A stretch of 61,221 nucleotides of DNA, filler included. It is 7 parts of 7 records of this genome, joined end to end, with 100 filler letters (N's around TTAATTAATTAA, not from the genome) between each part and the next. Parts side by side here need not be neighbours in the genome. Positions count along the whole stretch, not along the records: positions 9,198 to 21,778 come from DRR723986_19860; 6 more parts are not named here. One strand, 5' to 3'. The notes beneath the pieces were generated by a model, which searched no databases, was not told the origin of the DNA, and saw only the letters and a list, made by a program, of their open reading frames with translations. Position numbers and translations under genes: made by a program. This document shows positions 9,719 to 18,743 of this stretch, one piece after another (within the stretch, counting starts at the first letter, position 1; every line of letters starts with the position of its first letter).

Positions 9719-11539
9719 TTACTCTACTGTCACGGATTTCGCCAAGTTGCGGGGTTGATCCACATCCGTGCCTTTTTCAACGGCAGTGAAATAGGCAAGC
9801 TGTTGGATTGGAACCGCGTAGACGATGGCTGCAAACGGGCCGCCAACACGCGGCATCTGGATCTTTTGCCAGAGGCCTTCGCTGGCTTCTTCTAATCCCT
9901 GACCATCGCTGATCATGACAATCTTGCCGCCGCGCGCCATGACCTCTTGCATATTGGAGACGGTTTTGTCGAACATGCCATCATGAGGGGCAAGAACCAC
10001 CACTGGCATCTGCTCGTCGATCAAAGCAATGGGGCCGTGCTTCAGTTCGCCGCTCGCATAGCCCTCGGCGTGGATATAACTGATTTCCTTGAGCTTGAGC
10101 GCGCCTTCTAGCGCGAGCGGATAGAGCGCACCGCGTCCCAAGAACAGCACATCAGAAAACCGCGCCAGTTGAGCGCTGACAGCGTGCACCTGTGGGGCAA
10201 GCGTCAGCGACTGCTGGACTTGACCGGGGACTTCGCGCAATTGCTCTATCAGGGCGTTGGATTGATCCGTCGTGATTTCATCCCGCTGGCGCGCAGCTTG
10301 CAGGGCAAGCGCTGCCAAGACGGCCAATTGGCACGTGAATGCTTTGGTTGAGGCGACGCCGATTTCCGGGCCTGCTAGAATAGGGAGAACCAGATCGCTT
10401 TCCCGCGCGATCGAGCTTTCCTGCGCATTGACGATAGAAACGATCTTGCCTGCTTTGCCGGCACAATACCTTAGGGCGGCCAGCGTGTCGGCGGTTTCGC
10501 CTGACTGGCTGACAAAGAGGGTCAGCGTGCGGCTGTTGAGCGGTGGCTCACGATAGCGGAACTCAGAGGCGATATCGATTTCCACAGGCAGGCGGGCAAT
10601 CTGTTCAAACCAGTATTTGGAGACAAAACAGGCCAACGAGGCCGTGCCGCAGGCAACCATGACGATGCGGTCATACTGCGAGAAATCCAGGCCGCTTTCC
10701 AGCAGGTGGCGTCCTTCGCGGTTGTCGATATAGTATTTTATAGCACTGGCCAGAACGTCCGGCTGTTCCGCTATTTCTTTTGACATGAAGTGGCGGTGTT
10801 CGCCTTTGTCCGCGGTGGTGACTGCCAGATCAACCTTGCGTCTTTCACGGCTGACCGGCTCCTGTGCTTCGTTGAAAAAATCGGCCCCGGCACGGGTCAG
10901 AATGGCGATATCGCCTTCTTCCAGATAGGTGATCTCGTTGGTCATTGGAGCGAGCGCCAAGGCGTCCGATCCAACAAACATCTCGCCCTCTCCCCAACCA
11001 ATCGCCAATGGGCTGCCTTTGCGCGCCGCGACGATCAGATCCTCTTCTCCGTCGAACAGAAAACAGAGCGCATAGGCGCCGTTCAGCCGTTTGATAGTGG
11101 CTTTGGCCGCTTCGACCGGGGACATGCCCTGATCCATGTGCCAGTCACACAACATTGCTACGGTTTCTGTATCCGTGTCGGTTTCTGGAGTGATTTGGTG
11201 ATCCGCCAGAAAAACGCGCAGCTCGCGGTAGTTCTCGATGATGCCGTTATGAACCACGGCAACTTTGCCCCGATGATGGGGGTGGGCGTTTTGGGTGTTC
11301 GCAGCGCCGTGCGTGGCCCAGCGGGTATGGCCAATGCCTGCTGTGCCGGCGAGCGGCTCGTGCACAAGCACGTCATTCAGGTTGACCAATTTGCCCAGAC
11401 TGCGCCGTCGGTCGAGTTGGCCGTCGTGGATGGTTGCAATGCCCGCGCTGTCATAACCGCGGTATTCAAGCCGTTTTAATCCTTCAACAAGGATTGGGGC
11501 TGCCTGATGTTTGCCGAGAACGCCTACAATGCCGCACAT
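9719..11539 (-). CDS. glmS: Glutamine--fructose-6-phosphate transaminase (isomerizing)
   Basis: MCGIVG N-terminal Cys, LEYRGYDSAG, GHTRWATHG, SQSGETADT, C-terminal PRNLAKSVTVE. Confidence 0.98.
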   Translation of the reverse strand: MCGIVGVLGKHQAAPILVEGLKRLEYRGYDSAGIATIHDGQLDRRRSLGKLVNLNDVLVHEPLAGTAGIGHTRWATHGAANTQNAHPHHRGKVAVVHNGIIENYRELRVFLADHQITPETDTDTETVAMLCDWHMDQGMSPVEAAKATIKRLNGAYALCFLFDGEEDLIVAARKGSPLAIGWGEGEMFVGSDALALAPMTNEITYLEEGDIAILTRAGADFFNEAQEPVSRERRKVDLAVTTADKGEHRHFMSKEIAEQPDVLASAIKYYIDNREGRHLLESGLDFSQYDRIVMVACGTASLACFVSKYWFEQIARLPVEIDIASEFRYREPPLNSRTLTLFVSQSGETADTLAALRYCAGKAGKIVSIVNAQESSIARESDLVLPILAGPEIGVASTKAFTCQLAVLAALALQAARQRDEITTDQSNALIEQLREVPGQVQQSLTLAPQVHAVSAQLARFSDVLFLGRGALYPLALEGALKLKEISYIHAEGYASGELKHGPIALIDEQMPVVVLAPHDGMFDKTVSNMQEVMARGGKIVMISDGQGLEEASEGLWQKIQMPRVGGPFAAIVYAVPIQQLAYFTAVEKGTDVDQPRNLAKSVTVE

Positions 11540-11554
11540 GGGAAAATTCCTGTC

Positions 11555-12907
11555 TTAAAGATCACTTTTTGCCTTGAGCGCCAAAAGGCGTTCGCGCAAT
11601 TTTTTTGCCAGTCCTGGTTTGTTGACCTGCGGTGCGCGCGCCAGCGCCAGCGCCTCTGCAGGCACGTCCGTAGTCACAGTGGCTCCGGCCGAAACCATAG
11701 CCCCAGCGCCCACTGACACAGGGGCGACCAATGCGGTATTGGATCCGATAAAGGCCCCCGCACCGATTTGGGTTAGATGTTTGTTCACACCGTCATAATT
11801 ACAGGTGATCGTGCCTGCGCCAATATTTGCACCGGCACCGACTTCGGCATCACCCACATAAGAAAGGTGGTTAATTTTGGCACCTTCTTCAAGGCGCGCT
11901 TTTTTCACTTCGACGAAATTGCCAATCTTGGCCTTGGCGCCGATCTGCGAGCCGGGGCGTAGCCGGGCATAGGGACCGATGACTGCGCCTGTGGCGACAT
12001 CACAGCCTTCAAGATGGCTGAATGCCCGCAGAGTGACCCCATCGGCGACGTGCACGCCGGGTCCAAAGACCACATGGGGCTCAATCACCACGTCGCGGCC
12101 TATCTGAGTGTCATAGGCGAAATAGACGGTTTCGGGTGCGGTCAATGTTGCACCTTCGGTCATGGCCTCTGCGCGACGCTGATCCTGCCAGATGGCTTCG
12201 CCGCGTGCTAGCTCGAGGCGCGAATTGATCCCTAGAGTTTCTTGCTCAGGGCAAGTCACGACCTCGCAGCGCAATCCTGCGCTGTTGGCGAGGCCAACGA
12301 TGTCTGTCAGATAGTATTCTCCCTGCGCATTGTCGTCTCCGACCTGTGCGATCAGATCGAACAACTGTGCCCGGTCAGCGCAGATCACACCGGAGTTGCA
12401 CAGCTGAATGTCCAATTCGGCCGGGGTGGCATCTTTGGCTTCGACGATCCGGATCAGGCGGTCGCCTTCGGCGACCAAGCGGCCGTATTTTCCGGGGTCA
12501 GCAGCGTCAAATCCTAGCACGACAACGTCTGCTCCGTTCTGTCGCGCGTTGCACATGGTCTGCAGGGTTTCAGGGCGAATGAAAGGTGTATCGCCATATA
12601 AAACGATGGCATCCCCCTCGAAATCGGCCAACGCCGCACGAGCCTGATCAACGGCATGCGCTGTTCCCAATTGCTCGGTTTGCAGGACAACCTGTGCAGA
12701 GGGGGCAACATTCTTGACCGCGGCGGCAACCTGTTCAGCGCCATGCCCGGCTACAACAAGCGTTTCTGTTGGCGATAAGGCGGCACCTGCGTTTAAGGCA
12801 TGTGTCAATAACGGAGCACCTGCCACAGGGTGCAGAACTTTGGGAAGGTCGGATTTCATACGAGTCCCCTTGCCGGCGGCAAGGATAATCAGGGAAATAG
12901 CAGTCAT
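11555..12907 (-). CDS. glmU: Bifunctional UDP-GlcNAc pyrophosphorylase / glucosamine-1-P N-acetyltransferase
   Basis: LAAGKGTRMKSDLPKVLH, EQLGTAHA, GEYYLTD, hexapeptide repeats, HLSYVGDA, CNYDG. Confidence 0.98.
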   Translation of the reverse strand: MTAISLIILAAGKGTRMKSDLPKVLHPVAGAPLLTHALNAGAALSPTETLVVAGHGAEQVAAAVKNVAPSAQVVLQTEQLGTAHAVDQARAALADFEGDAIVLYGDTPFIRPETLQTMCNARQNGADVVVLGFDAADPGKYGRLVAEGDRLIRIVEAKDATPAELDIQLCNSGVICADRAQLFDLIAQVGDDNAQGEYYLTDIVGLANSAGLRCEVVTCPEQETLGINSRLELARGEAIWQDQRRAEAMTEGATLTAPETVYFAYDTQIGRDVVIEPHVVFGPGVHVADGVTLRAFSHLEGCDVATGAVIGPYARLRPGSQIGAKAKIGNFVEVKKARLEEGAKINHLSYVGDAEVGAGANIGAGTITCNYDGVNKHLTQIGAGAFIGSNTALVAPVSVGAGAMVSAGATVTTDVPAEALALARAPQVNKPGLAKKLRERLLALKAKSDL

Positions 12908-13091
12908 AAATCAGGTGTTCTCTGATAGTTTAATGGATAGGTCGTCTAAACAAGTGCCCATTCCTTATCATTCTCCGACCTCAAGTAAATAGAGTATACA
13001 GGATCTTACCATAAACTGACGTATTGCGCAGGTTGGTTTCTGCGGTTTCCAGCCGATGACTGTAACATCATGTAAGGTTGTGGGGTGTTCG

Positions 13092-14207
13092 TTATGGGCC
13101 GTCCCGGTACAGCTTTTGTAAAAAGGTGAGCAGGTCAGGGTCGGGGAGGTGCGTTTCCGCATCCTGAATGAGAGCTGGAAAGATCTCGGCTGCGGCGCTG
13201 CGTGCGTCAAACATCCGTGGCCGGGTTATGTCATCAAGGTCTTTGAAAAAGGGGCGTTGCCCGGAGACCTGTCCCAACCAGTCATGGCAATCGCTAAAGG
13301 TTGCTGCCAGTTCTGAACGTGCCGCTGGTCCCAAAAGATCGACATCGCGATTTGCAGGCAGGGACAGACGCGGCGCCGCGCGCGTGAGATAGGACCGCAA
13401 GCGAACGGCTTGTGTCAAAGGCATAGCGGCCATGGCGAGGCGCGCAATTTCGATCAGAGCATAGGGGAGACTTGTGTTGGAATTTGCAGTTTCGACCATA
13501 GTCTGGGGCAGGTCCTTAGCAAAGGTTTCTCGGAAAACGGCAACGGCTCCGCCGCGGGTCCGGACACTGTCATAAGGTAAAATGTGTCGCTCAGCCTTGG
13601 GAAACCGCTCTACCCAAGGGGCCAAGGCAGCCCGGTAATCCAGATGAACCGTCTTGAGCCATGGGGCCAGACCCGTTGTGGAAAGAGCGTCAAAGGGGGT
13701 TCGGAATTTCAACATCTGACTTTGCCAGGATGACAAGGCATCGTCGGGGCGACGGATGATGGCAAACAGGGCAGCCTGTTCGACCCCGAAATGGGTTGCA
13801 AAGAGATCTGGCGTTTGCGGCACCAGCGCACTGGCCTTGGCAAGGTCCTCTGAACAGAAGATTAGGGTATTTGCCTGAATCTGTTGGGCCAGATCGGAGA
13901 TATGATCGAGAACAAGGGCGCCTGTGGGCATGGGGTTGTGGCCCGGGGGAAACTGATAGTCGGGCAGAGCATCGGTAACAAGCCGATGGGCCAATGCATT
14001 GTGCCCCATATATTCGTTGAGTCGCGCGGCCCGTGGTCGGGAAGGCCGGCGCCCTAAGGCTTCGGCTAGGAACCGGGCGGTGCCGTGGGGGTGGACAGGG
14101 GGGTACAGAACCCCTTGACGCCCCAGCTGGATCTGATTGGCCAATAAAAAGTGCTGCAGGCTGGTGGAGCCTGTCTTGTGAAGGCCGAGGCAGAAAAGGG
14201 TTTTCAT
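13092..14207 (-). CDS. Sulfotransferase-like P-loop protein (surface polysaccharide locus); start re-assigned to ATG 14207
   Basis: N-terminal LGLHKTGSTSLQ (5'-PSB-like), IFCSEDL and IIRRPD motifs. Confidence 0.65.
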   Translation of the reverse strand: MKTLFCLGLHKTGSTSLQHFLLANQIQLGRQGVLYPPVHPHGTARFLAEALGRRPSRPRAARLNEYMGHNALAHRLVTDALPDYQFPPGHNPMPTGALVLDHISDLAQQIQANTLIFCSEDLAKASALVPQTPDLFATHFGVEQAALFAIIRRPDDALSSWQSQMLKFRTPFDALSTTGLAPWLKTVHLDYRAALAPWVERFPKAERHILPYDSVRTRGGAVAVFRETFAKDLPQTMVETANSNTSLPYALIEIARLAMAAMPLTQAVRLRSYLTRAAPRLSLPANRDVDLLGPAARSELAATFSDCHDWLGQVSGQRPFFKDLDDITRPRMFDARSAAAEIFPALIQDAETHLPDPDLLTFLQKLYRDGP

Positions 14208-14450
14208 GGGCAAACCTAGCCTTGAATCTGGGCGGCTCCCTGACAGCCGGTCGGGGCGGCAGCATCCCAGTCCCAGAATGGTTAACAAGAAGCTGCCGTG
14301 CGCAACGTATTTTACCACCTGATACAGGAAAAGGTTCGTTTGAAAACCCTGTCTGCACTTTGAAGCCTCAAAAACGGCGGGGGTCAGGGTTCAGGACGGG
14401 GCTGGGCATTGGTTGACACCATTTTTCAGAGTTCTAAAGCTGGTGGTGGG

Positions 14451-15980
14451 ATGGATATAAATTTCGATGGGAATGCAGGGTTGGGCAGTCGGCGCAGAGT
14501 GATCTTTCATGTTGGGCAATCTAAAGCTGGCAGTACATCGATCCAAAATTACCTTGAAACACAACGCGATGCGTTGATTGAGAAGGGTGTGCTGTTTGCG
14601 CGAACGGGTTTTTCCAGGAAAAACCCATTCGACCAGTCACGGACCTCTGGGCATCTGGGACTTGTGCGTAGCCTGCAAGGGCGTCTTGCAAAGGAGTTCG
14701 AGGAGGAAATCTCTGGTTATCCCGATCACACGGTTATCCTGAGTGTCGAAAACCTGTTTGCGGACCTGTCTGAGGAAATCCTGAAGGAGATCGGGGAGTA
14801 TTTTAAAGATTGGGATATTGAGATTACCGCAGTTTTAAGGCCTCAGTTCAATTGGCTGCGATCGCGGTATGTCGAAAATATCATGAGCGGTTTTTTAAGG
14901 CGTGTTAACACGTTTGATCAGTTTCTGTTCGACGTGATGGCGCTTGATACACTCGATTACGAAGCCAGGATTGCGGTGCTGGAGACGTATCTGGGAGCGA
15001 CGCGCGCACGGGCAATTCGCTTTGAAAGCAGCAAGGGACCACTGGTGTCACGGTTTCTGGAGGCTGCTGGCTTGCCATTGACGGCACCGCCAGACGCATT
15101 GAGCATCCATGCAAACCGCCGCGAAAAGTTATATTTTTTGGTGGAGGCCAAACGTCGACTGAATCAGGTGACCGAGGGCATGACTGGGGCCGAACAACTG
15201 GAACTGGAAGCTGAAGTCCGAGAGGCGAGTAAAGCTCTTGTTGCTGCGGGAAAAGCGCCGGACACGCGGGGGCTTTTCACCATTCAGATGAAACAAGCGC
15301 AGCGCGCAGCCTTATGGCTTGGTAATAAATCCCTGAAAGCAAGGGGCGTTCTCGACGAGCCTTTGGACGTTGAAGAAGGGCAGCAGCTGTCTGAGAGCAA
15401 AGATTTGGAGGGAGAGGCTGAGCCTGCTGTAGACGTGTTGTTCTGGAAGGGTATGGACCTTGCCGCCGATATTGTGGCGCGTTCGGGACAGACCGGTCGT
15501 TTTGCATCCTCGCCGCTGCAATTTACCAAATCCGAACTGAGTATCCTGCGGGAACTTTTCGCCCAACACCCCGTTTCAGCGCACATGGAGACATCGGAAA
15601 CAGCGATATTGGCGGCCGCTGGCAAAGGGCGATTGGTAAAGCTATTCCTTGAGCCCAAGCTTGCATCTTATGTCGCCACCAGACGTCTTGATACAATAGT
15701 TTTGCCATCGGCCCTCGTTACTTTGATTGCGGCAACGTCTGAGAGCAAATCGGCATCCAAATTCTTTAAGGCACAAGCTCTTTCGAACCCAGATCTTGTG
15801 GTCGCTGGGCCAGAGACGGACAGGGGCTTTCTCCGGTCGATTCTTGTAGACGTTAAACCAGCGGTCCTTATCCTTTTGGGCGAGGTTGATCCGAGTTTTG
15901 TTGTTGAATTTGTGCCGGACTTTACTTGCCAGAGGCTTGAGAATTGCATGATCCTGAAGCGGCAACCGGTGACTGCCTGA
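14451..15980 (+). CDS. Sulfotransferase-like P-loop protein with extended C-terminal region
   Basis: FHVGQSKAGSTSIQ, ILSVENL, VLRPQ motifs; start uncertain (14409 or 14451). Confidence 0.6.
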   Translation: MDINFDGNAGLGSRRRVIFHVGQSKAGSTSIQNYLETQRDALIEKGVLFARTGFSRKNPFDQSRTSGHLGLVRSLQGRLAKEFEEEISGYPDHTVILSVENLFADLSEEILKEIGEYFKDWDIEITAVLRPQFNWLRSRYVENIMSGFLRRVNTFDQFLFDVMALDTLDYEARIAVLETYLGATRARAIRFESSKGPLVSRFLEAAGLPLTAPPDALSIHANRREKLYFLVEAKRRLNQVTEGMTGAEQLELEAEVREASKALVAAGKAPDTRGLFTIQMKQAQRAALWLGNKSLKARGVLDEPLDVEEGQQLSESKDLEGEAEPAVDVLFWKGMDLAADIVARSGQTGRFASSPLQFTKSELSILRELFAQHPVSAHMETSETAILAAAGKGRLVKLFLEPKLASYVATRRLDTIVLPSALVTLIAATSESKSASKFFKAQALSNPDLVVAGPETDRGFLRSILVDVKPAVLILLGEVDPSFVVEFVPDFTCQRLENCMILKRQPVTA

Positions 15981-16101
15981 TTTTCGGCAGCGTCTCGAGT
16001 GTGAAGTATCTGATCCGCGGATAGGCTTTTGCAAGGTGTGCGCAGGCGTTACATGGCCGCCTGCGTCAAGCTGGTTTGATGATCATTGTGGCAAGGTCAG
16101 G

Positions 16102-17424
16102 TCAGTGTCCCGCGCTTTTTGCGAGGGTATTCAGTTCATCTTGGCCGGCCTTGTACTCCGGGTCTTCCAAAAGGCTATCCATGTTCCATGCCTCCACCTT
16201 GGTGCAATCACTTTGGGACATAGCTGGGAAAAGGGCTCGCAACTTATCTTCGACTGAGATTTGCAGAAAATCAGGGAGCAGCTTGAGGCCTTCCGGATAG
16301 AAGCGCTCTAAGAAATTTAGATCGTAAGCAATTGTTGGGGTTAGCTTTTTGTGCAATCCTCTATAGACGGGATTTTGGCTCTCCGGCAAAAGATTTAAGC
16401 TATGGGCCATTACGATCTCGTGGTGAATAGGGACCTTTAATATATGGGTTCGGATCGTTTTGTCCTTATAGAATAAATCATAATGTTCATCTGGGAGGTT
16501 AGATTGCGCAAGCGCACAATCCAACATGGTTTTCCGAAAGCACTTGTAGCACGTCATGCAGGGCAGGCCGACGTCGCCTCGTACACATGATTGGGGGTTC
16601 CATTTCGCAGCTGGACCCTGTGCAATACGAGAGGTTAACACTTCGGAAATACCTGCCGTGGGAAGCGCAATAGGTATCGCGCAGTGGTCGAACAATTTGG
16701 CCCAGACACGATATCCCTTGCGTGGCGACAACTTGGCATATGCCTTACTGCCCAAGCGAAAGGCCGATTCTAGAATCATTCCAAAAGACACAGACCGTAA
16801 CTTGAACAGATCAGCATGTAAGATTGCCGCGACAGAGGGGGTCCAATCCACAGCGAAGCCGGTTGGTTTACGACCATACTCTATGGACGAAGGGCAGATG
16901 ATCATTTTTCTACCGCTTTCCTCAACGGCCTTACAGCTATGCAGCGCAGCATCGGGTCGATACTTGCCCGTCACACCATTGTCGGGGTGTTCCATCTTGA
17001 GGAAAAAAGAAATTGCGTTATCAGGCAGCAGGTGTAGGGCAGCGCATGAATCGACGCCGCCACTGAAGCACAACGCATCCACAAAGTTAGGTCCTGTCTT
17101 GCGCGGTGCAAGGGTTGCGCTTGTTGGTGATATTTCTTTTCCAAAGTTCTTTTGAAAGATCTCTGCAAAGCCTTTGGTGACAGGGAAATCAAGTTCAATC
17201 TTTTTGGCCGAGAAGGGTTCAACAGTCAGAAGGCACACCAGGGCAAGAAGATCATTGTGGGTCTGGCTCGGGTCGAAGCTTGGGTCGGTGTCTAGAAAAA
17301 CGCTTTCACGCCCGATCAAAGGTTTCCCGGCGACTTGTAGCTTTGCATCGTCGGCGTCAGGATTGCGCTTGATGACTAGGCGAACATGATCCGTGCCTTT
17401 ATCGAAGCCCGTACAAATTTTCAT
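16102..17424 (-). CDS. PP-loop (SGGVDS) protein with C-terminal Cys cluster, DUF6395-like
   Basis: LCFSGGVDS and QSCVRGDVGLPCMTCYKCFRK; more AT-rich than flanking genes; start could be TTG 17436. Confidence 0.6.
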   Translation of the reverse strand: MKICTGFDKGTDHVRLVIKRNPDADDAKLQVAGKPLIGRESVFLDTDPSFDPSQTHNDLLALVCLLTVEPFSAKKIELDFPVTKGFAEIFQKNFGKEISPTSATLAPRKTGPNFVDALCFSGGVDSCAALHLLPDNAISFFLKMEHPDNGVTGKYRPDAALHSCKAVEESGRKMIICPSSIEYGRKPTGFAVDWTPSVAAILHADLFKLRSVSFGMILESAFRLGSKAYAKLSPRKGYRVWAKLFDHCAIPIALPTAGISEVLTSRIAQGPAAKWNPQSCVRGDVGLPCMTCYKCFRKTMLDCALAQSNLPDEHYDLFYKDKTIRTHILKVPIHHEIVMAHSLNLLPESQNPVYRGLHKKLTPTIAYDLNFLERFYPEGLKLLPDFLQISVEDKLRALFPAMSQSDCTKVEAWNMDSLLEDPEYKAGQDELNTLAKSAGH

Positions 17425-17732
17425 GGTAAATTCCAAGGTCTATAAATCTTCATCCTTTATAAGTTGTTGTTCTAATAGCCTCAAGCTTGATCTCTTATCT
17501 TTAGAGCGCGGGTAGCGTGCGGCCAGCTGAATTTTAAGCGCAGATAATCTGTATTATGTTGATAAATTTGATTACTCCTGCTTAAGCAAAGGGCTCAATA
17601 GCGTCTCTTTCATAGGGAGCGCTGTACGAACGAGAGCTAAAGTGTGAAACCGCTGCAGACCGATTGTCTTAATTGAAGAAAGATGCCACATCCGGTATTG
17701 GTGCAGACTACCTTTGAGACAGCATAAAGATT

Positions 17733-18743
17733 ATGACACGAACACTTTACCTCCACATTGGCAGCCACCGGACTGCCACGACTTCGATCCAACGCTTCAT
17801 GGTCCGCAACTTTGACCAGCTTCTTGAGAACGGTTGCCTCTATCCATATCGCATTCCCCGTCATTTTCGATTGATCAATCGTCTCTTTGATGGAACTCGG
17901 ACCATCGAAGATGTTGCCACCGATTTGACGGCACGTGCGGATGAAAAGACACGTGAAATCAGTAAGATCGTGATCAGTGACGAAGACATATGCATGCGGC
18001 GTGATCTAAGCATTTTGCAAGGGTTGCGTGAATATTTTGACGTTAAGATCGTCTACGCACTGCGCCGCCAGGATCTGTGGCTGGAGAGCTGGTATTTTCA
18101 GAATGTAAAATGGCAGTGGAACCCCGAACTCAGCCATTGCACGTTTGATGAGTTTCTGGCGCGCAGAGAAGAGTGCCACTGGATACACTATGATCATTAC
18201 GTTCAACACCTAGAGAACCTGTTTGGGGCTGAAAATATTTTGCTCTGCCCCTTTGAAAAGGAACAGCAGCCAGACGGACCCGTGGCTGAGTTTTGTCGCC
18301 TCATTGGGCTGGATATTCTGGGTCAATCAAATGCTGCGCCGCATATGAATTCTTCAATGTCTGCTGCGATGGTCGAATTCACCCGTCACCTGCCAATGGA
18401 TGAGTTCGAGCCTCCGGAGCGAGAGTTGCTACGCCGCGCCCTCGAAACGGTCGATCGGGTGAGCCTTGGGCATCAGGGAAAACAGAGCGAGCGTTTGATG
18501 CAGCCGGATCTGCGCCAGGCAATCCTATCGGAATATGCCGAGGGCAATCGCGCATTGGCGCAGCGTTTCTTTGGGCGCGATGAGCTGTTTTTCCACCCAC
18601 TCCCGGCGGATGATGCGCCTTTGGCTCGTCTGGAGCTCCCTACCAATAGTGGAGAGTTGGTTGAAAATTTCATCTCGCCCCTGCTCAGGGAACTGGTGGC
18701 GAATGGCACAATTTCAGCAACGATCGCCAAAGAAAAAAAGTAA
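17733..18743 (+). CDS. Sulfotransferase-like P-loop protein
   Basis: LHIGSHRTATTSIQ, VISDEDI, LRRQDLWLESWY. Confidence 0.65.
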   Translation: MTRTLYLHIGSHRTATTSIQRFMVRNFDQLLENGCLYPYRIPRHFRLINRLFDGTRTIEDVATDLTARADEKTREISKIVISDEDICMRRDLSILQGLREYFDVKIVYALRRQDLWLESWYFQNVKWQWNPELSHCTFDEFLARREECHWIHYDHYVQHLENLFGAENILLCPFEKEQQPDGPVAEFCRLIGLDILGQSNAAPHMNSSMSAAMVEFTRHLPMDEFEPPERELLRRALETVDRVSLGHQGKQSERLMQPDLRQAILSEYAEGNRALAQRFFGRDELFFHPLPADDAPLARLELPTNSGELVENFISPLLRELVANGTISATIAKEKK

